From positions 192,001 through 256,000 of the forward strand of contig JAOPTX010000007.1 of NCBI GenBank assembly GCA_051532055.1: a DNA stretch of 64,000 nucleotides, in the 5' to 3' direction. This document shows positions 1-9,488 of the stretch, one piece after another (position 1 is the stretch's first letter; each line of letters starts with the position of its first letter). The stretch is from Fibrobacterales bacterium. Its GTDB lineage: Bacteria > Fibrobacterota > Fibrobacteria > Fibrobacterales > JAOPTW01. A program made the translations under genes and the position numbers. Below the pieces are notes generated by a model that saw nothing but the letters and a program-made list of their open reading frames with translations, searched no databases and was not told the origin of the DNA.

Positions 1-1456
1 ATCCAAGCTCCCATTCAAAACTTGTTTCAGATTTGAGAGTGTCATTAGCAAGGATGCCATTTTTTGTGCCATATCGCTCTTCAAGTGAAGCTATTCGATA
101 ATTTTTTCCTACAACGCCAAATAGAACCATAGTATTACTATTGTTAGAAAGCATAGTGTAATGCAATCCTCCGCTATAACCTAAATGCCAATCAAGCTCT
201 TCCTGTTTCAACTCTCGCTTATCCCACATCAAATCAGCGAGACATCGACCATGTACTTTGATTGATTCTATTGGGTAAAAGGTTATTTCTGTGCTATTCT
301 TCACTGCTTGTCTACTTGCCATAAAGGCCTGATCGATAGTATCTCCTATCAAATGTTGAGGCTTAAGCAACTCATGCTCGTACGCTAATTTATGATAGAG
401 CAACCACTGTTCACTCGGAAGTATTCTGAATGAGACAAACGGTTTCCATGAATAGCTTACACGCTGGGATTCAGTATCTTGATTAACATACAGCGGATAA
501 TCTTCTTTAAAAATAAAATGCTTAATGCTTCCAATACTATTTTTTGATCCTAAAACCATTTCAGGATAAGTACGTATATTCCAACGTTTTTTATACTGTC
601 CGAAGACACTTCCACTCATAGAAGATATTGTAGAGCGATTGGTCACTTTATACTCATTCCCCGAAAGCTCTTTCGAGTTGTAATCTGCCTCTACCTTTAT
701 AAACAGCTCCCCTTTCAACACCTTCCCCGTAATCACCTCTATGCCACTCGCTGAAGTATAACCATCGTTACTTTTTTGCATTACACTATCATCTGTCGTA
801 TTGTACGTAGTCCCATTTCGATTAAGAAACTTAAAATCATTATCACTATGAATTACACTTACGATACTTTGACTGTTAAACCCGACTCCAATTTTTTGGT
901 TATAGCTTACAGTATTATGAAATGTCTGAAAACTCCCTAAAGAGAGATCAGCTCGCACACTCTCCTTCATCTTCTTTTTTGAAATAAGGTTAATGACACC
1001 ACCAACTGAGCTCACTCCAAACTTAGCAGGTATAAAGCTTTTGTAAATTTCTATACGCTCATAAAGAGAGAGATCAATCTTTCCAAGGTCAACAGTACTC
1101 CCTGAGGCGCGGTTAATAGGAATATCATCAATACAAACCACTACTCGTGATCCACTCTGTCCTCGTATAGTAACACTTTGAACACCACCAACACCTCCAA
1201 ACTGCCTTGTTTGAATAGCGGTCTGCCGTGCAAGAATATTAGCTAGGTTGTTCTCTTTACCTAACCACTCTGCCTCGTTAATTATTACAGTAGACTGATT
1301 TTTGTAAAGAGTCGAGGCTGTAGGGAGCTTTTCAGATACTATGATGGTATCGCTCGGCAGAGCAAAGCCGCTCGTGCAAAGAGAAAACAACAGTATCACC
1401 ACATAAGTATATGTGTTCCACAAAAAAGAGTTGGAGTGCCAAACGCAAAAAGCCAT
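1..1456 (-). CDS. TonB-dependent receptor, probably a cobalamin (BtuB-like) transporter; truncated at the left window edge
   Basis: Absent from the ORF track. Manual translation of both ends in one frame from ATG 1456 gives a signal peptide, plug motifs (SVTIRGQSGSRVVVCIDDIPIN; ERIEIYKS...GGVINLIS) and a barrel motif near base 1 (YRIASLEERYG...LKSETS). Lies directly downstream of a cobalamin riboswitch. Confidence 0.88.
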   Translation of the reverse strand, partial: MAFCVWHSNSFLWNTYTYVVILLFSLCTSGFALPSDTIIVSEKLPTASTLYKNQSTVIINEAEWLGKENNLANILARQTAIQTRQFGGVGGVQSVTIRGQSGSRVVVCIDDIPINRASGSTVDLGKIDLSLYERIEIYKSFIPAKFGVSSVGGVINLISKKKMKESVRADLSLGSFQTFHNTVSYNQKIGVGFNSQSIVSVIHSDNDFKFLNRNGTTYNTTDDSVMQKSNDGYTSASGIEVITGKVLKGELFIKVEADYNSKELSGNEYKVTNRSTISSMSGSVFGQYKKRWNIRTYPEMVLGSKNSIGSIKHFIFKEDYPLYVNQDTESQRVSYSWKPFVSFRILPSEQWLLYHKLAYEHELLKPQHLIGDTIDQAFMASRQAVKNSTEITFYPIESIKVHGRCLADLMWDKRELKQEELDWHLGYSGGLHYTMLSNNSNTMVLFGVVGKNYRIASLEERYGTKNGILANDTLKSETSFEWELG

Positions 1457-1494
1457 ATCTCGTACTTTGACCCGAAGATCGAGATTAAAGGGTT

Positions 1495-1657
1495 GTATAT
1501 GGCAGGTCTTCTGACTTAAGCTTCATCCTACTCCCGATGCCTTCCCACACTATAGGTGTAGTGGCTTTAAGTATTCGGTTTCATCAGCTTTTACAGCGGC
1601 GGGACCGTTTGCGAGTTTCACGCAATTCCCTGTTAGGCCCTTCCGGGCACCATAATT
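1495..1657 (-). ncRNA. Cobalamin riboswitch
   Basis: Minus strand carries the hallmark elements in order: GGTGCC...AACAGGGAA...GTGAAA...CGGTCCCGCCGCTGTAA...GCCACT...GGGAAGG...AAGTCAGAAGACCTGCC; upstream of a TonB-dependent receptor. Confidence 0.95.
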
Positions 1658-1757
1658 TCAGAGCAATGGTAACTATATTGACAAGCAATGTAAAGTGACC
1701 CTCGTGATATTTGAGGTAAATAGGTATATTTAGGGTACCACCCACTCAGGAGATGAG

Positions 1758-2621
1758 ATGACCTTTTTTGACTCGTTGGAACAGCGTATTACTACCGTAG
1801 GCAATCCTATTTGCATGGGAATGGACCCTGTACTCAGTAAAATTCCTTTCGAAGGAAGCTCCCCAGAAGAGACAATTAAGACATTTTACATGACCCTTCT
1901 TGAAGCAATGGATGCTCAAAACATCTATCCTGCCGCGGTTAAACCCAATAGCGCCTATTACGAGGCAATTTCAGTTTCTGCTATGCAAGTACTCTATGAC
2001 CTCATCGAAGCATATTCTGAACGGGGAATCCATATTTGTCTCGATGCAAAACGTGGAGATATTGGCAAATCATCTGCCGCCTATGCAAAAGCCGCATTTG
2101 ACGTCTATAAAGCTGATTCTGTTACGGTATCACCCTATATGGGGGAAGACTCAGTAAAGCCTTTCTCAGAGTACGCTGAGGGGAAAGGGGTCTATATGCT
2201 CCTCAGAACATCGAACAAAGGTGCACAGGACATACAAGACATTCTTACCACAGATGAAACACAACTGTTTTATTCAGTAGGTAAAAAGCTCCTTAGTTGG
2301 AACGAGAATAACGCAATTGGCGCAGTAGTAGGCGCAACTAATACTCAAGAAATGGAAAACATTACACGCTTTTTTGTTGAAGCCGGTAAAGAAATTCCTT
2401 TTCTCATTCCCGGTATTTCAGTAAGTGGTGTCCCTGGACAGCAGGGAGGTGATATTCAAAGTACTCTCACTGCTCTAAAAAATGGTGGCAGCACTCACAA
2501 TTTTCACCTCCTCAATAGCTCGAGCGGACTCAATTACGCCTATCAAGCATTCACCGACCTTTCATATGATCAAGCATTTATTAAAGCTCTACAGCAACTT
2601 GTTGCTGATTGTACGCTTTAG
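1758..2621 (+). CDS. pyrF: Orotidine-5'-phosphate decarboxylase
   Basis: CMGMDP, KPNSAYYE, DAKRGDIG catalytic motif, TVSPYMG, GAVVGAT; AGGAG RBS. Confidence 0.93.
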   Translation: MTFFDSLEQRITTVGNPICMGMDPVLSKIPFEGSSPEETIKTFYMTLLEAMDAQNIYPAAVKPNSAYYEAISVSAMQVLYDLIEAYSERGIHICLDAKRGDIGKSSAAYAKAAFDVYKADSVTVSPYMGEDSVKPFSEYAEGKGVYMLLRTSNKGAQDIQDILTTDETQLFYSVGKKLLSWNENNAIGAVVGATNTQEMENITRFFVEAGKEIPFLIPGISVSGVPGQQGGDIQSTLTALKNGGSTHNFHLLNSSSGLNYAYQAFTDLSYDQAFIKALQQLVADCTL

Positions 2622-2689
2622 AGCAAGAATATATAGCCTTTTTAGAATAATATGATATAATAGAACAAATTATTCATGAGTCTTTTCGT

Positions 2690-3913
2690 ATGGGCGATAA
2701 GCCAACTATTCTCTACGTCGATGATGAACTAGAAAACATCACCGTTTTTAAAGCAACCTTCAAAAGGCATTATAAAATTATATCTGCCCTCTCTGGTAAT
2801 GAAGGCCTCAATAAGCTTAAAGAGAATGACGTCCAACTTATTATATCCGACCAAAAAATGCCCGAGATGACTGGTGTTGAGTTTTTCCAAACATCCATTA
2901 AGGACAATCCCGACACTCCCCGTATTTTGCTAACCGGCTATACCGATATTGAGTCGCTTATTGATGCCATCAATAAAGGGTACATCTTTCAATATGTATC
3001 AAAACCTTGGAAATTCGAAGACCTAAAAATGATTATTGATAGGGGCCTCGAGCAAGATGCATTAAAAAAGGAAAACAAATCACTCATTAACCGGTTAAGC
3101 AAACACAATGAAGAACTTGAACAGCTTGTAGAAGACCGTGTAGGCGATCTACGAAAATCATATCAAGAACTTATCATTGCCAAAGAAATTGCTGAAGAGT
3201 CGAACCAAGCAAAAAGTGTATTCCTTGCAAACATGTCTCATGAGCTGCGTACTCCATTGAGTGCCATTCTTGGATACAGCGAACTCATTACAGAGGATCT
3301 TGAGGATTCTGAAAATGAAATTGCCGACACAATAATTCCTGACTTAGAAAAAATTCATCTTTCAGCGGAACACCTTTTAACCATTATTAATGAGATCCTC
3401 GATTTTTCAAAAATTGAATCGGGTAAAATGGAAATCAATATTGCTGAAATAGAAATTAAAATTTTGATAGATGAGATAGTGAATAACGTGCAACCCCTTA
3501 TAGCTAAAAACAGTAATACATTATCTGTTGAGCTTGCAGCCGAACATACAACCCTCATCTCTGATTACCAAAAAGTAAAACAAAGTATTATCAATCTTTT
3601 AAGTAATGCAGCTAAATTTACCAAGCAAGGCACTATTACTCTGAAGGTTTCTCTCTTAGATCCTGGCATGCTTCGAATCAGTGTGACCGACACAGGTATT
3701 GGTATTAACGCCGACACTCTCGAATCAATCTTTACCCCCTTTACCCAAGCAAATGCCAACATTTCCACACAATATGGAGGCACAGGACTCGGCCTCAGCC
3801 TCACTCGCAAAATTTCAGAACTTCTTGGTGGTTCACTTACAGTAGAAAGTGTTGAGAATGAAGGATCGACATTTCACTTTACTATACCTCAACACGGGGT
3901 TATCCCAACATAA
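2690..3913 (+). CDS. Hybrid signalling protein: N-terminal receiver + HisKA + HATPase
   Basis: LYVDDE...ISDQKMP...LLTGY receiver; [34 protein letters not shown]. Confidence 0.93.
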   Translation: MGDKPTILYVDDELENITVFKATFKRHYKIISALSGNEGLNKLKENDVQLIISDQKMPEMTGVEFFQTSIKDNPDTPRILLTGYTDIESLIDAINKGYIFQYVSKPWKFEDLKMIIDRGLEQDALKKENKSLINRLSKHNEELEQLVEDRVGDLRKSYQELIIAKEIAEESNQAKSVFLANMSHELRTPLSAILGYSELITEDLEDSENEIADTIIPDLEKIHLSAEHLLTIINEILDFSKIESGKMEINIAEIEIKILIDEIVNNVQPLIAKNSNTLSVELAAEHTTLISDYQKVKQSIINLLSNAAKFTKQGTITLKVSLLDPGMLRISVTDTGIGINADTLESIFTPFTQANANISTQYGGTGLGLSLTRKISELLGGSLTVESVENEGSTFHFTIPQHGVIPT

Positions 3914-3935
3914 CATTAAAATATTAGTAGTGATA

Positions 3936-4307
3936 TTACTCAATGCGATTTAATTGTTTTTCAATTTTCTCGAGTAGAGATTTTATTACTATAGGCTTAG
4001 TCTCAAAATCATCACACCCCGCATTCATCGCTTTTTGTCTATCTGACTCCTGAGCATAAGCAGTAAGAGCCACAATTGGGGTTTTCCCAACCTCATCATG
4101 CTCTCTAATAGTTTTTGTTGCTTCATAGCCATCGATTTCAGGGAGCCCCAAATCCATTAAGATAAGGTCAGGTTTTTCGGATATTGCTAAATCAATAGCT
4201 TCTCGGCCGTTAAATGCAGGAACAACATCAAAGCCTTGACGCGTAAGTCTGCGTTGAAGCATCTCACTATTGATTTTAACATCTTCGACTAATAGTATTT
4301 TAGCCAA
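3936..4307 (-). CDS. Single-domain response regulator (DivK/CheY-like)
   Basis: ILLVED, LILMDLGLP, ALTAYA, AGCDDFETKP; TTG start. Confidence 0.92.
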   Translation of the reverse strand: MAKILLVEDVKINSEMLQRRLTRQGFDVVPAFNGREAIDLAISEKPDLILMDLGLPEIDGYEATKTIREHDEVGKTPIVALTAYAQESDRQKAMNAGCDDFETKPIVIKSLLEKIEKQLNRIE

Positions 4308-4500
4308 ACTAACCTCAACTATTGGATTTGTTCCTACTTCTGATATTACAACTAATCTCTATTAATTGCACAGGTTTTTTACGCAAACAATAATCCTATC
4401 CCTTTTCACTTTTTACGGTTAAAAATCTCGCAATTTATGCTGTTATTCGATATACTCAGAGCAAGTACCACAGACGTGAATACCATTGAATTGGGTCTCT

Positions 4501-4935
4501 ATGAAACCACTTTTATATAATTATGTGAAATGCCTTCTCTTAGTAGTATTACTCATTGGATCAGCTCACGGCTCAGATGATGATATAATTATCGTTGTTT
4601 CTATTAAAAGTGCCGTTGACTCAATATCCAAGTCTGAAATAAAAAAACTCTACATGGGTAAACAAGCAACCCTCGATACTCAATTTACTTCACCAACTAT
4701 TTTAAAAATAAAATCCACCCATAAAAAGTTCCTCGATACCTTTCTCAAAATTAACACCCGACAATTCGCCCGCATTTGGCAGAAGCTGGTATTTACTGGT
4801 AAAGCCCAAATGCCTAAGCAGTATACCTCTGAGCATGAACTCATCGAGATGCTCGAAAATAGCCCCAATAAAGTAGGATACATTCAGCGTAAAAACATTA
4901 CTGAGACCCTCAAAGAATTAGAGGTGACTCAATGA
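4501..4935 (+). CDS. Small secreted periplasmic-binding-protein-like (PstS-like single-lobe) protein, paralog 1
   Basis: Signal peptide; IIIVVS...ISKSEIKKLYMGK...W.KLVFTGKAQMP...VGYI pattern; paralog of 7654..8118. Start uncertain (ORF track 4486). Confidence 0.75.
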   Translation: MKPLLYNYVKCLLLVVLLIGSAHGSDDDIIIVVSIKSAVDSISKSEIKKLYMGKQATLDTQFTSPTILKIKSTHKKFLDTFLKINTRQFARIWQKLVFTGKAQMPKQYTSEHELIEMLENSPNKVGYIQRKNITETLKELEVTQ

Positions 4936-6263
4936 TCTATTTAACCTCACTTCTATTGATTCTATGGTGCGCAAGCTCCCTCTATGCTAAAGGACTCGCT
5001 ATCCACGGTAGCGTATCGCAAAGCTATGTACATTCAATAGATAATAATTTTGTATTCTCCGGAACCGAAGGCGGCTCTCTCAATTACTCAGAAGCGTACA
5101 TCAACTTTACCCAACAATATGATGAACAGCTCCGTTTTGGAATTCAACTTGCTGCTCGTAGTTTTGGAGACGAAGAAAACTTTGAACCAACGGTTGACTG
5201 GGCCTATGGTGATTACCGGCTGCATGAATTATTAGGCATTCAAGTAGGAAGTATAAAGGTCCCCTTTGGTATCTACAATGAAGTAAGAGATATCGACTTT
5301 GCCCGCCCCAACATTTTACTCGATCAAGGCATCTACCCCGAAAGCTTTAGAATGGCACTTGACTCGTATACAGGGGGTTCACTCTATGGCTCTCTTGAAC
5401 TCTCACACTCCATTTTTGATTATTGCCTCTACATGGGAGCCACAGACATTCCTGATACCTACACCAGTATTCAAACAGTAAAAACCCTTTATAACGCGCC
5501 CAACACAACAATCAGTGATGGCTATATGGGAGGCTCTCATTTAAAAATGCTCATCGGTGATCATCTCTCCCTGGGGCATACCTATCTGTTTCTTCAAGCA
5601 TACGATAATTTAGAGTCCGAAAACCTTGGGCGTAATTTCGATCAAATAGAATCAGTGAATTCCGAGGAAGCCACACTCATTCAAGCAACCCTCGACGGAC
5701 CCTTAAGCTACACACCTCACGCACATCGGTTTACCATGCAGGTAAACATTGCAAGCGTAGAGCTTCGTTTTGAAAAACTGACTCTTGCTGCAGAATATGA
5801 ATACTTTACCCTCAAAACCTTTGCTTCAGATGCACTCGTAGCAAAAGTAATTGGCATTGGCCAAGAGAGCCCATTTATACAATACAACCCAGCCAATTTA
5901 CCCCCAGAAACCATTGAAGTCATTCCCTATCAAGTTGCTTCGCTGTTAATCAACAATGATGTTGTTACCAAACAAGCAGGATATCTTCACCTCTTTTACC
6001 AATGGCATGACCGTTTTGGCACCCATGCTGGCGTTGGTTATGTAACTCAAGAGAACAACAACAGTAACAACCCCGATCAAAATTTTAGAAACAGCAAACA
6101 ATGGAGTTATGTTGCTGGTTTACACTTTTATATCAATGACAACTTTATGGTAAAAGGCGAGTACCACTATTTCGATGGTGACTACAGTTCTTATACCAAA
6201 CCAGGAAATAACCCACAATCAGATGGGCACCTCGTAATAGCGCGCGGGTCCTATCTATTTTAA
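4932..6263 (+). CDS. Porin-like outer-membrane beta-barrel, paralog 1
   Basis: Signal peptide; IHGSVSQ, DWAYGDY, G.IKVPFGIYNE.RD motifs; amphipathic strands; C-terminal ARGSYLF beta-signal. Confidence 0.8.
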   Translation: MIYLTSLLLILWCASSLYAKGLAIHGSVSQSYVHSIDNNFVFSGTEGGSLNYSEAYINFTQQYDEQLRFGIQLAARSFGDEENFEPTVDWAYGDYRLHELLGIQVGSIKVPFGIYNEVRDIDFARPNILLDQGIYPESFRMALDSYTGGSLYGSLELSHSIFDYCLYMGATDIPDTYTSIQTVKTLYNAPNTTISDGYMGGSHLKMLIGDHLSLGHTYLFLQAYDNLESENLGRNFDQIESVNSEEATLIQATLDGPLSYTPHAHRFTMQVNIASVELRFEKLTLAAEYEYFTLKTFASDALVAKVIGIGQESPFIQYNPANLPPETIEVIPYQVASLLINNDVVTKQAGYLHLFYQWHDRFGTHAGVGYVTQENNNSNNPDQNFRNSKQWSYVAGLHFYINDNFMVKGEYHYFDGDYSSYTKPGNNPQSDGHLVIARGSYLF

Positions 6264-6272
6264 GGAGATACT

Positions 6273-7646
6273 ATGAAGCATGGTGGGAAACTACTCTTAC
6301 TCCTTCTAACCACACTCTATATGTCAGGGTGGTCAGATGATGAGAGTATCGAAATACATGGTGCTATTTCTCAGAGTTTTATCTACTCTAAGAATAACCA
6401 CTACATCTTTCAAGGATCCAAAGGTGGGTCGCTTGACTTCTCTGAAGCTTATATTAACTTCTCAAGACAGTTTGGAAGTGATCTCCGAGTTGGACTTCAG
6501 ATTGCATCACGCAACTTTGGGACCCAAGAAGACTTTACCCCTAAACTCGACTGGGCCTATGGAGATTATCGTCTCCATAGAGCCATAGGGCTTAGGCTTG
6601 GCAAAGTTAAACTACCCTTTGGGATATATAATGAAGCGCGAGATATAGATTTTGCTAAAGCATCAATCATACTCGATCAAGGCATCTACCCCGAAAACTT
6701 TAGACTGGTCATTAATTCCTACTCGGGAGGGAGTCTCTATGGGACATTTACTATAAGTGAGAAAAATAATGCAGAGTTCGATTATGAAGTGTATTATGGT
6801 ACGACGAGTATCCCAGAAAGCTATCGAAGTATTCAATTCACCCGACGTAATTTCAATTCACCTACCACTGGCATGAATAATGTTACCCTTTGGGGGACCT
6901 CCGCTCAACTGCGCCCCTTCGACAACCTCCTTCTTGGGCACTCCTTCATGTACAACACTACCTATCTCAGTATCAACAGCTCTACTTTGAAAGACTTAGA
7001 CGAAAATGAGACTGGCTTTTTCGACTTCCCCGTTCCCTTTATAGAGAAAGCAGTTAAATCAAAATACACTGCCCATGTATTCAGTGCTGAAATACGTATA
7101 AAAGATTTTACCCTGATCAGTGAATATGAATCAAGCACCTTAAACTCAACTAATACCCAAGATTTTTCTAATGCCATATATAGCGGGATTTCTAAAAATT
7201 TTGAAAACACTGCATTTAGGGACGCAGTCCTTACAAGTCTCGGAATTCCTGTTGCAAGCCTAGACTCACTCACACTAGATCAAATGGCAGCTGGTGTGGC
7301 TCAAACATTTACCTCTGAATTCTCTACACCAATTGTTGCGGATAAATCATCATGGTACATACAAGCACTCTATCAATTGAATGATGACCTTGGGCTTTTC
7401 ACCGGGTATGGATATACCACCCAGACCAACAGTGCTGACATTAAACGGCTCCAAGAAGAACAAAACACCAGAAATGCGAAGCAAAAAGATTATTCGCTTG
7501 GTATAAACTACTATGTCAGTGATAACTTCTTGTTAAAAGGAGAGTATCACTATATTGATGGACTCTATGGCGTATATAACCCCTCGACTGATGTGATGAT
7601 TGAAGATGGTAACCTTTGGCTTGCTCGCGCATCCTATTCATTCTGA
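6273..7646 (+). CDS. Porin-like outer-membrane beta-barrel, paralog 2
   Basis: Same motifs as paralog 1; ends ARASYSF; AAGGAG RBS. Confidence 0.8.
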   Translation: MKHGGKLLLLLLTTLYMSGWSDDESIEIHGAISQSFIYSKNNHYIFQGSKGGSLDFSEAYINFSRQFGSDLRVGLQIASRNFGTQEDFTPKLDWAYGDYRLHRAIGLRLGKVKLPFGIYNEARDIDFAKASIILDQGIYPENFRLVINSYSGGSLYGTFTISEKNNAEFDYEVYYGTTSIPESYRSIQFTRRNFNSPTTGMNNVTLWGTSAQLRPFDNLLLGHSFMYNTTYLSINSSTLKDLDENETGFFDFPVPFIEKAVKSKYTAHVFSAEIRIKDFTLISEYESSTLNSTNTQDFSNAIYSGISKNFENTAFRDAVLTSLGIPVASLDSLTLDQMAAGVAQTFTSEFSTPIVADKSSWYIQALYQLNDDLGLFTGYGYTTQTNSADIKRLQEEQNTRNAKQKDYSLGINYYVSDNFLLKGEYHYIDGLYGVYNPSTDVMIEDGNLWLARASYSF

Positions 7647-7653
7647 GGTTATT

Positions 7654-8118
7654 ATGATACATTACTCCTCTATCATGCGAAAAAGGTCACTATTTCAAGC
7701 AGTATGCAGTCTACTATTAGTCTTGTTATTCTGTATTACTCCAACAGCCAGTTATGGTAATGACATCGTTATTGTTGTCTCTAAAAATAGTACTCTTACC
7801 AGTATTGAAGTGAGCGCTCTTAAGAAACTCTATATTGGAAAAAATACCACAATAGAGAATACCTTTACCTCACCAATTCTCCAGAAAAATAAAACGCAAC
7901 ATAAACAATTTTTAGAGAAATTTTTAAACATGAATACCCGACAATTTGCTCGAACATGGCAAAAGTTAGTATTTACAGGTAAAGCACAAATGCCTCAAAA
8001 GGCTGACTCATATCAAGAGCTCATTAAATACCTTACAGAAAACTCACAAAGTATTGGCTACATGCTTGAGAGTCACGTTACCCCTGAAGTTAAAATTATA
8101 CCCATAAAAGGAATGTAA
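7654..8118 (+). CDS. Small secreted periplasmic-binding-protein-like protein, paralog 2
   Basis: Shares NTRQFAR.WQKLVFTGKAQMP with paralog 1; start moved to ATG 7654 after GAGG. Confidence 0.75.
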   Translation: MIHYSSIMRKRSLFQAVCSLLLVLLFCITPTASYGNDIVIVVSKNSTLTSIEVSALKKLYIGKNTTIENTFTSPILQKNKTQHKQFLEKFLNMNTRQFARTWQKLVFTGKAQMPQKADSYQELIKYLTENSQSIGYMLESHVTPEVKIIPIKGM

Positions 8119-8119
8119 A

Positions 8120-9445
8120 TTGCGAACCCTTGTTCTCACCATACTTTTCTTAGCGAGCGTCTATGGGAACCCGCCCCCTGTTGATATCCATGGAACTATT
8201 TCTCAAACAGCTATCTACGCAGTAGATAATCACTATCTCTACAGTGGCACCAAGGATGGCTCATTTGATTTCACCGAAATCTACATCAACTTTAGTTCTC
8301 AATTATCTGATAGACTCCGCATGGGGATGCAACTCTCATCTAGGAACTTTGGAGAACTTGAAAATTTCGAACCCAAAATAGACTGGGCTTTTGGTGATTA
8401 TCGCCTTGTTCCCGAATTTGGCTTTAGAATTGGACAAGTGAAACTCCCTTTTGGCATCTATAATGAAAGTCGCGATGTTGACCTTGCAAAACAGACGATT
8501 GTCCTCGACCAGGGTGTCTATCCCGAAGACCTCAGATTACTCATCACCTCTGTTAGTGGTGGATCACTATATGGGATTGCAACCCTTGGAAATTTTGACT
8601 TCGACTACCAAGCTTATGGCGGTATCAGCAAAATAAATGAGACCTATTACTGGACCAATGTTTCAGCACATAATAACAATTCTCCTAATTCAAAAATTAA
8701 CAACATGAAACTCTATGGAGCGACAGGAAGTATCACCTATAATTCCCTCTACAAAGTTGGTGCATCATATACTCACAACTCAAATGATCTTACTCTAGAG
8801 AGTTCTGACATACTCGCAAACATTCCTGGTAAAGCCGGTATTGATTTACAACTTCAATCAATACTCCCTTTTGTTTTTCCTCTTGGACTCCCTGCGGTCC
8901 CTATGCCCTACATTAAAAATGGCTTGGAAAATGAACTAAACACCTACACCTTTTCAAGTGAAATCGCTCTCCATGACCGCCTCACCCTCGTAAGTGAATT
9001 TCAACTACTCACAATGAAATTCACCTATAGTAATGATGCACAGGACCTTATTTTAAAAGCATTTGAAGATGCGGGTATACAAGGTCAATTCCTTACGATG
9101 CCTATTGTTAATGGTGCATCACTTATTTCCCAATATACCACCCCCATTTCACCTCGTAATTACTCGCTGTACACCAATGCCCATCTACAATTGACCGAAA
9201 ACCTAGGTAGCTCTTTGGGATATGCGTATAGAATCCTGAAGCTAAATTCATCATTTGAATCCTATCGTAACACCGAGATGGACTATCTTATTGGACTCAA
9301 CTATTTTCTTACCGACAACATTCTCATTAAGGCTGAGTACCACTATATTGATGGAAACATAAGTGCCTACCCTCCTATTGGTACAGATGAAACTTCCAAA
9401 TCTAGAGGTCAGCTGATAATGGGCCGGATATCTTTTACCTTTTAA
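8120..9445 (+). CDS. Porin-like outer-membrane beta-barrel, paralog 3
   Basis: Same motifs (DWAFGDY, KLPFGIYNESRD, LDQGVYPE, KAEYHYIDG); ends GRISFTF; TTG start. Confidence 0.8.
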   Translation: MRTLVLTILFLASVYGNPPPVDIHGTISQTAIYAVDNHYLYSGTKDGSFDFTEIYINFSSQLSDRLRMGMQLSSRNFGELENFEPKIDWAFGDYRLVPEFGFRIGQVKLPFGIYNESRDVDLAKQTIVLDQGVYPEDLRLLITSVSGGSLYGIATLGNFDFDYQAYGGISKINETYYWTNVSAHNNNSPNSKINNMKLYGATGSITYNSLYKVGASYTHNSNDLTLESSDILANIPGKAGIDLQLQSILPFVFPLGLPAVPMPYIKNGLENELNTYTFSSEIALHDRLTLVSEFQLLTMKFTYSNDAQDLILKAFEDAGIQGQFLTMPIVNGASLISQYTTPISPRNYSLYTNAHLQLTENLGSSLGYAYRILKLNSSFESYRNTEMDYLIGLNYFLTDNILIKAEYHYIDGNISAYPPIGTDETSKSRGQLIMGRISFTF

Positions 9446-9448
9446 TAA

Positions 9449-9473
9449 ACTACTCACTACTCACTACTCACTA
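9449..9473 (+). repeat. Heptanucleotide tandem repeat (ACTACTC)x3 + ACTA
   Basis: Read directly in the porin-3/kinase intergenic spacer. Confidence 0.85.
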
Positions 9474-9488
9474 TAAACCGATGAAACT

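Noticed and set aside
4501..8118. Phosphate ABC transporter (pstS)
   Set aside because: The proteins are about half the length of PstS and no pstCAB genes are present.
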